From Acidobacteriota bacterium (lineage in GTDB: Bacteria > Acidobacteriota > Vicinamibacteria > Vicinamibacterales > SCN-69-37), in assembly GCA_020853395.1 (NCBI GenBank), contig JADYYY010000013.1, forward strand, positions 109,521-173,520: 64,000 nucleotides of DNA. The letters are read 5' to 3'. The position numbers and the translations under genes are program-made. Shown piece after piece: positions 29,203-38,255 of the stretch. Each line of letters starts with the position of its first letter. Position 1 is the stretch's first letter. The notes under the pieces were generated by a model. It was not told the origin of the DNA. It ran no database searches and saw only the letters and a list, made by a program, of their open reading frames with translations.

Positions 29203-30158
29203 TTCTTCAGCTTCAGACCGGCTGGCAGCGCGACGTCTTCGGCGCTGGCGCTCGACGCCAGCGTCAACGTCTCGTGCGTGGTCGTCAGCGTGGTCGTCCG
29301 CTGCTGCGTCTGGCCGCGCGCGATCCGGCGTGCGAGCATGCCGCCCAGCCCGCCGCCCGGCTTCGGCGCGGCGGCCATCTGCTCCTGGCTCTTCACGTTC
29401 TCGAGCACCATCGTGCTCGCGAGCGGCGTCCCCTGGAGCTTTCGGCTCTCCTCGGCCAGCCGCTGCATCATGGTGCCGAAGCCCGGCAGCATCGCGGACA
29501 CCGCGTTCATCTGCTGCGGGTCCATGCCGCTGAAGAGCCCGCCGTAGACGGCCTTCACGAACTTGAGGTTGAACTCGGCGAGCTCCTGCAGGGCGGGCAC
29601 GCGCGGCGCGAGCCAGATCGTGTCGGTCAGCACCATGCCGCCGCTCTCGTCGAGCGTCTTGCCCTTGCCGCGCATCGTGATGGTGAGCACGGTCTCCTTC
29701 GCCTCGTGCCCGGCGATCGTCTTCGACTGGCCGCTCTGCTTGACGTCGACGTCGAACTCCATCGCGTCGGCGAGGTCCTGCATCGCCTGCTTCTGTTCCG
29801 GCGTCATCTCCTGCTGCCGCTTGGCCATCTCGGCCCGCGCCTTCTCCATCTGCTCGCGCATCTGGGCGAAGGTCGCCACGGTGTACTCCTTCTTCTTCAG
29901 ATCCACCATGTAGATCTTCTCTTCGGCCAGGTCGACGATCTGCCCGTTCGTGTCGCTCATCCGCGACATCCTGTTGCCCTTGACCGCCACCGTGGCGGGC
30001 GCCTCGTTCGCGCCGCCCGCCATGCGGCTGACCATCGAACCGAGGAAGCCCTCGAGCTTGAACGTCGATTTCTCCGTCGTCTTCACGTCCGCGCGCACGA
30101 GCGGGCCCGCGATGACGACGCAAGCGAGAGCAGCGGATACGAACAGCGCACGTCTCAT
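29199..30158 (-). CDS. Secreted hypothetical protein (319 aa)
   Basis: Signal peptide [23 protein letters not shown], with good codon bias. Its stop overlaps the ppiB stop (convergent, 4 nt). Confidence 0.7.
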   Translation of the reverse strand: MRRALFVSAALACVVIAGPLVRADVKTTEKSTFKLEGFLGSMVSRMAGGANEAPATVAVKGNRMSRMSDTNGQIVDLAEEKIYMVDLKKKEYTVATFAQMREQMEKARAEMAKRQQEMTPEQKQAMQDLADAMEFDVDVKQSGQSKTIAGHEAKETVLTITMRGKGKTLDESGGMVLTDTIWLAPRVPALQELAEFNLKFVKAVYGGLFSGMDPQQMNAVSAMLPGFGTMMQRLAEESRKLQGTPLASTMVLENVKSQEQMAAAPKPGGGLGGMLARRIARGQTQQRTTTLTTTHETLTLASSASAEDVALPAGLKLKN

Positions 30159-30264
30159 AGGGAGGCCTCCACGACCAAATCGCTCCAGTATTCTACCCGT
30201 CTATGTCTCGGCCGATCGGTCTTCGGTCTCCAGCAACGCGGCGGTCCGGTGCGGGCCCGCGCGG

Positions 30265-31590
30265 ATGACCGTCAGACGCGAGATCCGCGCCACGTTCAGC
30301 CTCGCATGGCCGGTCGTCCTGGCGGAGATCGGCTGGGTCCTGATGGGGATCGTGGACACGATGATGGTCGGGCCGCTCGGGCCGGCGGCGATCGGAGCCG
30401 TCGGCATGGGATCGACGCTCTTCTTCGCCGTCATCGTGTTCGGCATGGGCCTGTTCTACGCGATGGACACGTACGTGGCGCAGAGCTTCGGCGCGGGACG
30501 CCTCGACGAGTGCCATCGGTGGCTGTCCGCCGGGCTGCAGCTCGCGGCCGTGCTGTCCGTCGTGCTGATGGCCCTGGGGTTCGCGGGCGTCGTGCTGCTG
30601 CCGGCGACCGGCATCCATCCGGACGTGCTCGCGGTGCTGCAGCCGTACCTCGCGCGGCTCCTCTGGTCCACGCCGCCGCTGCTCGTCTTCACGGTGGTGC
30701 GGCGCTACCTCCAGGCGATGAACGTCGTGCGTCCGATCGCCATCGGCATCGTCGCCGCCAACGTCGTGAACGTCGTGGGCAACTGGGCTTTCGTGTACGG
30801 CCACGCCGGCCTGCCCGCTTTCGGGGCGATCGGGTCCGCCTACGCGACGCTGGCGGCTCGCGTGACGATGGCGATCTACCTGTGGTGGATCTTGTTGTGG
30901 CACGAACGCGAGCGGCCGGCCGGTTTGCACGACGTGCGCTGGGCGTGGGACATCTCGCGCATGCGGCGTCTGGTGCGGCTCGGTCTTCCGGCCGCCGTCC
31001 AGGTCACGCTCGAAGTGGGTGTGTTCGCCGTGGCGGCGGCGCTGGCCGGCCGCATCTCCCCGATTGCGCTGGCGGCGAACCAGATCGTGCTCAACATCGC
31101 GAGCTTCTTCTTCATGATCCCGCTGGGACTCAGCTCGGCCGCCGCGGTCCGGGTCGGGCAGGCCGTCGGCCGCCGGGATCGGCCCGGAGTACGTCGAGCC
31201 GGGTGGAGCGCGCTCGGGCTGACCGCCGCGTCGGCGATGGTCGTCGCGGCGCTCTTCGTGACGGCGCCGGCCGCGCTCCTGTCGCCGTTCACGTCGGATC
31301 CCGGCGTCTCGAGCGTCGGAGCCACGATCCTGCTGCTCTGCGCCGTCTTCCAGCCATTCGACGGCGTGCAGGCCGTGGCGACCGGCGCCCTTCGCGGTCT
31401 TGGCGACACGCGCACGCCGATGTGGACGAACCTCGTGGGCCACTGGGGCATCGGCCTGCCGACGGCCTACGCCCTCTGCTTCGTCGCCGGCTGGGGCATC
31501 GTCGGTCTCTGGGCCGGCCTCTCGCTCAGCCTGGTCCTCATCGGCGCGATGCTGCTCGCGATCTGGCACCGGCGCAGCGCGGCGTGGTGA
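30265..31590 (+). CDS. MATE family efflux transporter
   Basis: ATG 30265 (MTVRREIRATFSLAWPVVLAEIGWVLMGIVDTMMVG). About 12 hydrophobic segments. 441 aa. Confidence 0.88.
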   Translation: MTVRREIRATFSLAWPVVLAEIGWVLMGIVDTMMVGPLGPAAIGAVGMGSTLFFAVIVFGMGLFYAMDTYVAQSFGAGRLDECHRWLSAGLQLAAVLSVVLMALGFAGVVLLPATGIHPDVLAVLQPYLARLLWSTPPLLVFTVVRRYLQAMNVVRPIAIGIVAANVVNVVGNWAFVYGHAGLPAFGAIGSAYATLAARVTMAIYLWWILLWHERERPAGLHDVRWAWDISRMRRLVRLGLPAAVQVTLEVGVFAVAAALAGRISPIALAANQIVLNIASFFFMIPLGLSSAAAVRVGQAVGRRDRPGVRRAGWSALGLTAASAMVVAALFVTAPAALLSPFTSDPGVSSVGATILLLCAVFQPFDGVQAVATGALRGLGDTRTPMWTNLVGHWGIGLPTAYALCFVAGWGIVGLWAGLSLSLVLIGAMLLAIWHRRSAAW

Positions 31591-31607
31591 CGCGCGTCCG
31601 GCGCGTG

Positions 31608-32852
31608 CTATGCGTTCGTCGTGACGGTCGAGGGGTACGTGCGATCGACGTACTCGTCGATGAGGTGCTGGAACGCCCGCGCCAGCTCGTCGTACGTGCC
31701 GCGCAGCGTCGTCGCGTGTCTGCCGTCGATGTAGACCGGACAATGGGGCGCCTCGCCGGTGCCGGGCAGCGAGATGCCGATGTTCGCCGCCTTCGATTCG
31801 CCGGGGCCGTTGACGACACACCCCATGACCGCGACGGTCATGGACTCGACGCCGGGCCGCGTCTGCTTCCAGATCGGCATCATCGAGCGCACGTAGTCCT
31901 GGACGCGTTCGGCCAGCTCCTGGAACGTCGTCGAGGTCGTGCGGCCGCAGCCAGGACACGCCGTGATCGACGGCGCGAAGCTGCGCAGGCTCAGCGCCTG
32001 CAGGATCTCGCATGCGGCGTACACCTCGTCGCGGCGGTCACCGCCGGGCCGCGGGGTGAGCGACACGCGGATCGTGTCGCCGATCCCGTCGTTCAGCAGG
32101 ATCGCGAGCGCGGAGGCCGACCACGTCAGGCCCTTGATGCCCATGCCGGCCTCCGTGAGGCCGAGGTGCAGCGGCTGTTCGGTCTTCTTCGCGAGCGTCC
32201 GGTACACCGCGATCAGGTCGCGCGGCCGTGAGAGCTTGCAGGAGATGATGATCTGGTTCTTCGTGAGGCCGCACTCGAGCGCCAGCTCGGTCGACTGCAG
32301 CGCGGAGATCACCATGCACTCGTTGATGATCTCCTCGGAGGTCCGTCCGAGGCCGCCCGCCGTGTTCTCCTGCATCTTCGCGACGACGAGATCCTGATCC
32401 AGCGAGCCGCCGTTGACGCCGATGCGTACCGGCTTCTGGTGCTCGACCGCCACCCTGCAAATCGTCGAGAACTGCTCGTCGCGCCGCCGGCCGGTGCCGA
32501 CGTTGCCCGGATTGATGCGGTACTTGTCGAGCGCGTCGGCGGCCTGTGGAAACCGCGTGAGCAGCAGGTGCCCGTTGTAGTGGAAGTCGCCGATGAGCGG
32601 CACCTCGCAGCCCGCGTCGAGCATGCGCCGTTTGATCTCCGGGACGGCCGCCGCGGCTTCCGGCGTGTTGACGGTGATCCGCACCATCTCGGATCCGGCC
32701 TCGGCCAGCTCGACGCACTGGCGGGCGGTCGCGGCGGCATCGGCCGTCTCGGTCATCGTCATGCTCTGGACGACGACGGGCGCGCCGCCGCCGACGAGAA
32801 CGCGGCCGACGGGCACGGGCACGGTGCGGTGGAGGCGGACTGGCGCACGCAT
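31608..32852 (-). CDS. ispG: 4-hydroxy-3-methylbut-2-en-1-yl diphosphate synthase
   Basis: [27 protein letters not shown] and the C-terminal CPGCGRT ... GCVVNGPGE cluster motifs. Confidence 0.95.
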   Translation of the reverse strand: MRAPVRLHRTVPVPVGRVLVGGGAPVVVQSMTMTETADAAATARQCVELAEAGSEMVRITVNTPEAAAAVPEIKRRMLDAGCEVPLIGDFHYNGHLLLTRFPQAADALDKYRINPGNVGTGRRRDEQFSTICRVAVEHQKPVRIGVNGGSLDQDLVVAKMQENTAGGLGRTSEEIINECMVISALQSTELALECGLTKNQIIISCKLSRPRDLIAVYRTLAKKTEQPLHLGLTEAGMGIKGLTWSASALAILLNDGIGDTIRVSLTPRPGGDRRDEVYAACEILQALSLRSFAPSITACPGCGRTTSTTFQELAERVQDYVRSMMPIWKQTRPGVESMTVAVMGCVVNGPGESKAANIGISLPGTGEAPHCPVYIDGRHATTLRGTYDELARAFQHLIDEYVDRTYPSTVTTNA

Positions 32853-32927
32853 CCATCAGATCATGACACGGCGCCCCCGCGGGCCCAACCGGGCGACCCT
32901 GGAGCGGCCATGCGGCTGCGAGGGCGA

Positions 32928-35663
32928 TCAGGTTTCAGCAGTCCGGGGGAGCAGTCCCTGACGGCGGCGCTTCAGGAAGAGGCCCTTCCGCGAGAGGCCC
33001 AGCAACTGCGCGGCGTCCGAGACCCGACCGCCAGACGCCGCGAGCGCATGCTCGATGAAGCGCTGCTCCAGTTCGTCGATGGCCTGCGTGAGCGGCTGGT
33101 TCAGCCGGATGGCGACGGTCGGTCCCGTCGCCGTCCGATCGAGGGTCGGACGCTCGTGCCACCGGGTGAGGATGGCGGGCGACAGCTCGGCGCAGCTGAT
33201 GGCATCGCCGTCGCCGGCCATCGCGACGACGCGCCGAAGTTCGTTGGCGAGCTCGCGGATGTTGCCGGGCCAGTCGTACAGGAGAAGGGCGGCCACGAAG
33301 TCGTCGGTCAGGCGCAGGTTGCGGCGCCCGTTCTCGCGAGCGAACCGCGCGAGGAAGAGCGAGGCCAGGGCAGGGATTTCGTCCTTGCGCTCGCGCAGCG
33401 GGGGCAGCGCGAGTTTCGCGGCACCGATGCGGTAGTACAGGTCTGCTCGGAACCGGCCCGCCTCGACGAGCTGCTGCAGGTCGGCATTCGTCGCCGCAAC
33501 GACCCGGACGGACACGCGCACTGGGCGCGGCTCGCCCACCGGGTGGATTTCGCCGCTTTCGAGGAAGCGGAGCAGCTTGGGCTGCACGGCCGGATCGAGA
33601 TCGCCGATCTCGTCGAGGAAGAGCGTGCCGCGTTCGGCGGCGCGAATGACGCCCGTGGACGCGTCGGTGGCGCCGGTGAAGGCGCCGCGGCGGTGGCCGA
33701 AGAGCTGGCTCTCGACGAGCTCGCGCGGAATGGCCGGGGCGTTGAAGGGCACGAACGGCCCCTGTTTGACGCGACTCGCCTGATGAATGAGGCGCGCGAG
33801 GATCTCCTTGCCCGTGCCCGTTTCGCCCGTGATGAGGATCGGGAGGTCGGCCGATGCGAGCCGCGTGGCGACCTTCAACAGTTCGAGCATCCGCGGCGAT
33901 CGGAAGACGACGTCCTCACCGTCGTGCAGGGGTTGACGCGGCCAGAGATTCTGATCGTCGTCCTCGTTCTCGACGTCCGTCGTTTGGTTGATCGCGGCGC
34001 GTACGATGTCGCCGACGCTCTTCATCAAGGACAGATCATCGAGCGAGACGATCTGCCGCATTCGGATAGTCAGGCGTCGGTCGGAGCCACGCAGTTGCAG
34101 GATGTACGTGGCGTTGCTGGTGCTGTCCCAGACGGCCGACGGCTCGGCCTGGAAGTCGCAGCCGGACTCGCTCGACAGATCGACGCGGTCGCCGAGCCCG
34201 CTGCTCTGGAGGAGCGTCATCACGCGATGGGCGAGCAGATCGACCGAGTGGCCGGCGCCGAGGATTATCGCGGCGTCGCTGAGCAGCAGCGCGCTATCGG
34301 TGACGTCGAGCGCCCGAGGCGACCTCGTCGATCGGGCCCGGCCCGACGCGGCCAGTTCCGCCCGGTCTCGGCCGATCCAGGCCTCGTGGAAACGGTGGCC
34401 GATGGCGCGGCAGGCCGCGAGAGCACGGTCGAAGTGGACGGCGCCTTTGTTCTGCTCGCCGCGGAGTGTCAGCGTGAGGCCTTTGGTGGCCTCGAGGACG
34501 ATCAGCGGATCGACGGCGCTTCGCGGACAGACGCGCATCGCCAGGGCGACGGTCTCATCGGCCTCGTCGTGCCGACCCAGGCGCGCCAGGGCTCGAGCCC
34601 TGGCCGAGAGGAGAGCGGTGCGGATGGGCTTGTACTGCCGTCGTGAGACCTCGCCATCGGCTGCCTCCGCGATCAGAACGACCGCGTCCCAGTCCTGCAA
34701 CCGCTCGTGGTACGCGCAGCGCGTGATCTGATGAGCGAGGTCGTACCAGGAGCGGGCAGGGAGCGCCTGTCGCGGCTCCAATTCCGCAATCGTTTCGATG
34801 AAATTGCAGCACTTCGCCAATTGATCGTCAAAGAGTGCGACTTGAGCCAGAGTGTCGAGTCCACTCAACTGATTCAAGAGAAGGCCCTCGCTGATGCCGA
34901 TTCCCTCGGCGACCAACTCGCCAGCCCGCGCAGACTGGCCCATGTAGAGTGCCATTGAGCCCAGATTGATCAGGCAGCCAGATTTCGCGACGGAGAGCGC
35001 GGCGGCTTCGGCAATTCGCAAGCCTGCTCGTCCAGCCTTTCCAGCGCGTCCAAAGTTTCCCGCATAAGTCTCTAGCCCACATTCAACGAGCTCGACCGAA
35101 CTTCGGAGTGTGGCTTGATCCGTGCCGGAAAGAAGTCTTCTACCAAGCTCGAGATGACGATGTGAATTGACATAGTGGCCTCGCATCGCTTCTAGCCTGG
35201 CGACGACGAAGTGGAGACCACCAAGCGATGAAGCGTCGGCAATCGAAGCCGCCAACTGACGAACCTTCGAGAGCAGTGGCAGGCTCTCTTCAGGCGATTG
35301 GAACTGAGACTCTCGACTGAACAGCGCTAGCGCGGCGAAGAACCTCTGACTCGCAGATGCGGTCTTGTCAGCAGACTCAAATGCCGATCGCAGAGAGGTC
35401 AGTGCTCCGACGACGTCTCCAAGCTCATACGACGCCATGCCCTGTGCCAACAGTAGACGTACTCTCGCGATGAGGGGCAATGAGTCGACGGCAATGCTAG
35501 CGAAGCTATCAAGGACTCCTTGCGTGTCAGCCGATCGGAGCAATGCCTCGGCGTTTGTGACCTCTTCTGGAAGTGAGTCAAACGCCTGGTTGGACTTCTG
35601 TGATTTGCTGCTCGCCTGCTCTCGTCCCATGTGTCGCCCACCTGGACCTACGGAGGCGCGCAC
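32928..35663 (-). CDS. Sigma-54-dependent transcriptional activator (bEBP) with a ~560-aa TPR-like/GAF-like N-terminal region and no receiver domain
   Basis: Walker A GETGTGKE, the GAFTGA loop, Walker B LFLDEIG, the WPGNIRELAN sensor II region, and a C-terminal Fis-type HTH (AAQLLGLSRKGLFLKRR). ATG 35630 is an alternative start. Confidence 0.88.
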   Translation of the reverse strand: MRASVGPGGRHMGREQASSKSQKSNQAFDSLPEEVTNAEALLRSADTQGVLDSFASIAVDSLPLIARVRLLLAQGMASYELGDVVGALTSLRSAFESADKTASASQRFFAALALFSRESQFQSPEESLPLLSKVRQLAASIADASSLGGLHFVVARLEAMRGHYVNSHRHLELGRRLLSGTDQATLRSSVELVECGLETYAGNFGRAGKAGRAGLRIAEAAALSVAKSGCLINLGSMALYMGQSARAGELVAEGIGISEGLLLNQLSGLDTLAQVALFDDQLAKCCNFIETIAELEPRQALPARSWYDLAHQITRCAYHERLQDWDAVVLIAEAADGEVSRRQYKPIRTALLSARARALARLGRHDEADETVALAMRVCPRSAVDPLIVLEATKGLTLTLRGEQNKGAVHFDRALAACRAIGHRFHEAWIGRDRAELAASGRARSTRSPRALDVTDSALLLSDAAIILGAGHSVDLLAHRVMTLLQSSGLGDRVDLSSESGCDFQAEPSAVWDSTSNATYILQLRGSDRRLTIRMRQIVSLDDLSLMKSVGDIVRAAINQTTDVENEDDDQNLWPRQPLHDGEDVVFRSPRMLELLKVATRLASADLPILITGETGTGKEILARLIHQASRVKQGPFVPFNAPAIPRELVESQLFGHRRGAFTGATDASTGVIRAAERGTLFLDEIGDLDPAVQPKLLRFLESGEIHPVGEPRPVRVSVRVVAATNADLQQLVEAGRFRADLYYRIGAAKLALPPLRERKDEIPALASLFLARFARENGRRNLRLTDDFVAALLLYDWPGNIRELANELRRVVAMAGDGDAISCAELSPAILTRWHERPTLDRTATGPTVAIRLNQPLTQAIDELEQRFIEHALAASGGRVSDAAQLLGLSRKGLFLKRRRQGLLPRTAET

Positions 35664-35686
35664 GATACCAGAAATCTCCGGCTGTG

Positions 35687-36100
35687 TCAGTGAAGTCGAA
35701 GTCGCCGAGCTGCTTCACTGCGGGCAGTCGGCTGGAGCGCCTCGTGGCCTGTATGCTGGTCATTGCGCAACTGAATCTGTGCGGTGAGCAGCTGCTCCGT
35801 CCCGTCGGGCGCGGTGACCGTGCCGCCATCGACGCCGTGCAGAATCCCGTCCAGGGCTTCCAACGGATCCGGCATGCGGAGGTCAGCAGCTCTGGTGAAG
35901 GCGGTCCGTCGAGACGGTGCGGGGGCCTTCATCGGCACCGTCCACGAGCTTCGGTTGCTGTAGTTGAACAGGCTCTCGATGTACTTGCAGTCCGCCAGGC
36001 GCTGCGCGTGCCGCCAGAAGCACGCGCCGGAACAGGCCCCATCTCCGGCAGCAACGCTCGGGCGGGGCGTAACAAACGTAGATCCGCCGCGGTCGCCGTG
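35687..36100 (-). pseudogene. Orphan coding-like frame; possible remnant of a truncated gene, or an 83-aa ORF from GTG 35938
   Basis: The frame is open for 137 codons between stops. The upstream 54 codons (..GACSGACFWRHAQRLADCKYIESLFNYSNRSSWT) have almost exclusively G/C-ending codons, which is coding-like, but contain no ATG/GTG/TTG before 35938. Confidence 0.3.
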
Positions 36101-36133
36101 TCACTCACGCCGTTCGAAGACGATGAAGTCGTG

Positions 36134-38077
36134 CTAATGAAGGAGCGAGCGGCCGGCTGTGCCGGTTGGCAGAAGTTGATCGTGCCCGAATCGGTTCGCG
36201 CTCGGCAGAGTAATCGACGCGGCGAAAAGCGTGGCCGCGCTCTCCATTATGCGCCGGTGATCCTTCTCGAAGGGATCCGAGCCGAACGCCCCGATTACCG
36301 CGAGCGTTCTTCTATCAATCACGGGCACGGCCGCAGCATAACGCAGCGGAATTGGTAGCGATCGCGCGATTGGGCCAAACTCAAGGCTCGCATCGGAGTT
36401 GAGCACGACCTGCGAGTGAGCGAATACCCAGCCGGACACCCGTTCGCCTACCGGAACAACAAGGCCCTCGAAGACGGAAGTCGCGACACCAGACTGCGCG
36501 GCGACCTTCAACTCGTTCCGGTCAGTGATTGGAACGTAGAGGGCGAAGCTCGCTGCCGGAATCACCCGACGAAGATGTCTCAACAGGACATCCGCTGCTG
36601 ATTCGAAGCTCGTGCATCGCGGGAGATCCCGCCGCAGTTCGTTGAACTCCCGTTCCTCCGCCGTTGTAGCGGCGATGACCTCCAATTGCGCTGGGGCAAT
36701 GGTTCGTGCGGCGCTATCTCGGTCATGAATCGTCGCCAGTCGCTGGTCTGCGATATCGGCTTGTTCGAGCCGATCCAAGATCTTTAGGAAATTGTCAACG
36801 ACCCAAGGGTCATAGGCGCTTCCACGCTTGTCCTTCAGTTCCTGCTCGGCTTGTTGTCGGGTCATCCGCGGCCTATATGGCCGATCCGAAGTCAGAGCGT
36901 CGTAGCAATCCACGACGGCCAAGATTCTGGCGCCGAATGGGATCTCCTGTCCTTTCAGCCCCTTCGGGTACCCCGTACCATCCCAGCGCTCGTGATGGTG
37001 GCGCACGATTGGCTCGACCGGGTAAGGGAATTCGATCGATTTCAAGATATCTGCGCCGACATCGGCATGTACTTTCATGCGCTCGAACTCTGCCGCCGTC
37101 AGTGGGCCTGGTTTGTTGAGGATGTACTCTGGGACAGCTAGCTTGCCGGTGTCGTGTAGAAGGGCCGCTGCTCTCAGAGCGTCCAGTTCCTTCTGTGACT
37201 TGACGCCAAGCGCTTCAGCGAGGGCCATAGTGAATCGTTGGACCCTCCGGATGTGGCCGTGCGTCACTTGGTCCTTGGCGTCAATCGCCAGCGCCATTGC
37301 CTCAACGGTCGATAGGAACACTCTGTTCAGTTCGTGAACTTTGTCCCGCTCAGTCTCTACGTGCTTCAGCGACCATCGATAGGTGAAGTAGATGACCAGT
37401 AGCAGGGGAAGAATGACCCCAATGAAAGTCGGGTCCACCGCACTGCCGTTCACGACCAGAAATGCCGCAATCGAAGCGCCGGCGGCAAAGTTCACAGACA
37501 ACTCTGTAAAACTCGTCCACCATACTCGATGGGGCGCCGTTCTCTGCTCAGATGCGATGGCGAAGGTGATCAGCCAACTATTCAGCAAGAAATAGAGCAA
37601 GGTGAAGGTCCCGAGCACGAGCGCGAGGTGAGCATCGAGCCTAACGTTCGTGAGCGGCTGATCGATTCCGGCGATCCACGCCGCACACCAAATTGAAAAT
37701 GGGGCGGCGGCCAAATTGAAGAGAACCTGCTCCCACCGCAAGTTGCCGCGTCGGGCGTGCTTTACGCAAAGGGCGAGCGCGTCCAGCACACAGAGCAAGA
37801 CGCCAACCGCCGGACCGCAAAGGAGAGTGCCGGCAAAGACGAACGTTTCTGAAATCGATATCGTCGCGGAGACCGACGGGAGCTTGACAGACAACCAGCC
37901 GCTTACAAATGTGAATGCGGCAAGTGGAATCCAGTGTTCGGAGGGTACTGGCTGTCCCGTCAGGACGTCGAGGATGCTGGCTGCAATTGTCAGGGTTCCG
38001 ATCGCCACGACGGCAAAGACATAGATCCGCGTCCGTCGAGACAGCGGTGGGCGTGACGTAGTTGCCATAGACGGCAA
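36134..38077 (-). CDS. Membrane-bound HD-GYP domain protein (putative c-di-GMP phosphodiesterase) with a C-terminal GAF-like domain
   Basis: 7-8 N-terminal hydrophobic segments. HD-GYP signature: HGHIRRV...LLHDTGKLAVP...HHERWDGTGYPKGL...DCYDALTSDRPYR. The tail of about 190 aa is GAF-like. The start is TTG 38077 or ATG 38068. Confidence 0.88.
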   Translation of the reverse strand: MPSMATTSRPPLSRRTRIYVFAVVAIGTLTIAASILDVLTGQPVPSEHWIPLAAFTFVSGWLSVKLPSVSATISISETFVFAGTLLCGPAVGVLLCVLDALALCVKHARRGNLRWEQVLFNLAAAPFSIWCAAWIAGIDQPLTNVRLDAHLALVLGTFTLLYFLLNSWLITFAIASEQRTAPHRVWWTSFTELSVNFAAGASIAAFLVVNGSAVDPTFIGVILPLLLVIYFTYRWSLKHVETERDKVHELNRVFLSTVEAMALAIDAKDQVTHGHIRRVQRFTMALAEALGVKSQKELDALRAAALLHDTGKLAVPEYILNKPGPLTAAEFERMKVHADVGADILKSIEFPYPVEPIVRHHHERWDGTGYPKGLKGQEIPFGARILAVVDCYDALTSDRPYRPRMTRQQAEQELKDKRGSAYDPWVVDNFLKILDRLEQADIADQRLATIHDRDSAARTIAPAQLEVIAATTAEEREFNELRRDLPRCTSFESAADVLLRHLRRVIPAASFALYVPITDRNELKVAAQSGVATSVFEGLVVPVGERVSGWVFAHSQVVLNSDASLEFGPIARSLPIPLRYAAAVPVIDRRTLAVIGAFGSDPFEKDHRRIMESAATLFAASITLPSANRFGHDQLLPTGTAGRSLLH

Positions 38078-38165
38078 ATCTGTCTATCGGCCTAAACGAG
38101 TTGCCTGTTTAGCTCCAGGCGATGATTCTGCTCTTCTGCATGGCTGTACCTCGCGACTGCGATAG

Positions 38166-38181
38166 AGCCAATTCCGTGCCA
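38166..38181 (-). promoter_or_regulatory. Sigma-54 (-24/-12) promoter candidate upstream of the HD-GYP gene
   Basis: The minus strand reads TGGCACGgaatTgGCT against the consensus TGGCACG-N4-TTGCW (1 mismatch). It lies ~90-100 nt upstream of the HD-GYP start. Confidence 0.55.
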
Positions 38182-38255
38182 TGTCATTCGCCCGGGCCAT
38201 CAGCCGCTGTTGGTCCACCTAGGCCTAGAGCGATGACAAAACCGACGTTGTTCGC

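Noticed and set aside
28803-32231. Very long ORFs in the track that run antisense or out of frame to recognisable genes. Examples: 28803-32231 +, 961-2946 +, 5227-7239 +, 10116-12302 +, 10228-12030 -, 43444-45699 -, 45996-48863 -, 59412-61880 -, 15102-16940 -.
   Set aside because: Their translations are Arg/Ala/Gly/Pro-rich with no motifs. They overlap genes with unmistakable family signatures (ppiB, MATE, ispG, xylA, argG, uvrA, topA and others). Stop-codon paucity in ~70% GC DNA produces such shadow ORFs.
35883-36104. A 73-aa Arg/Cys-rich ORF (MTRRPRRIYVCYAPPERCCRRWGLFRR...), and ORF 35578-35829, in the HD-GYP/activator gap.
   Set aside because: The composition is typical of an off-frame reading of a GC-rich coding frame. 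The alternative frame (35687-36100) shows much better codon bias.
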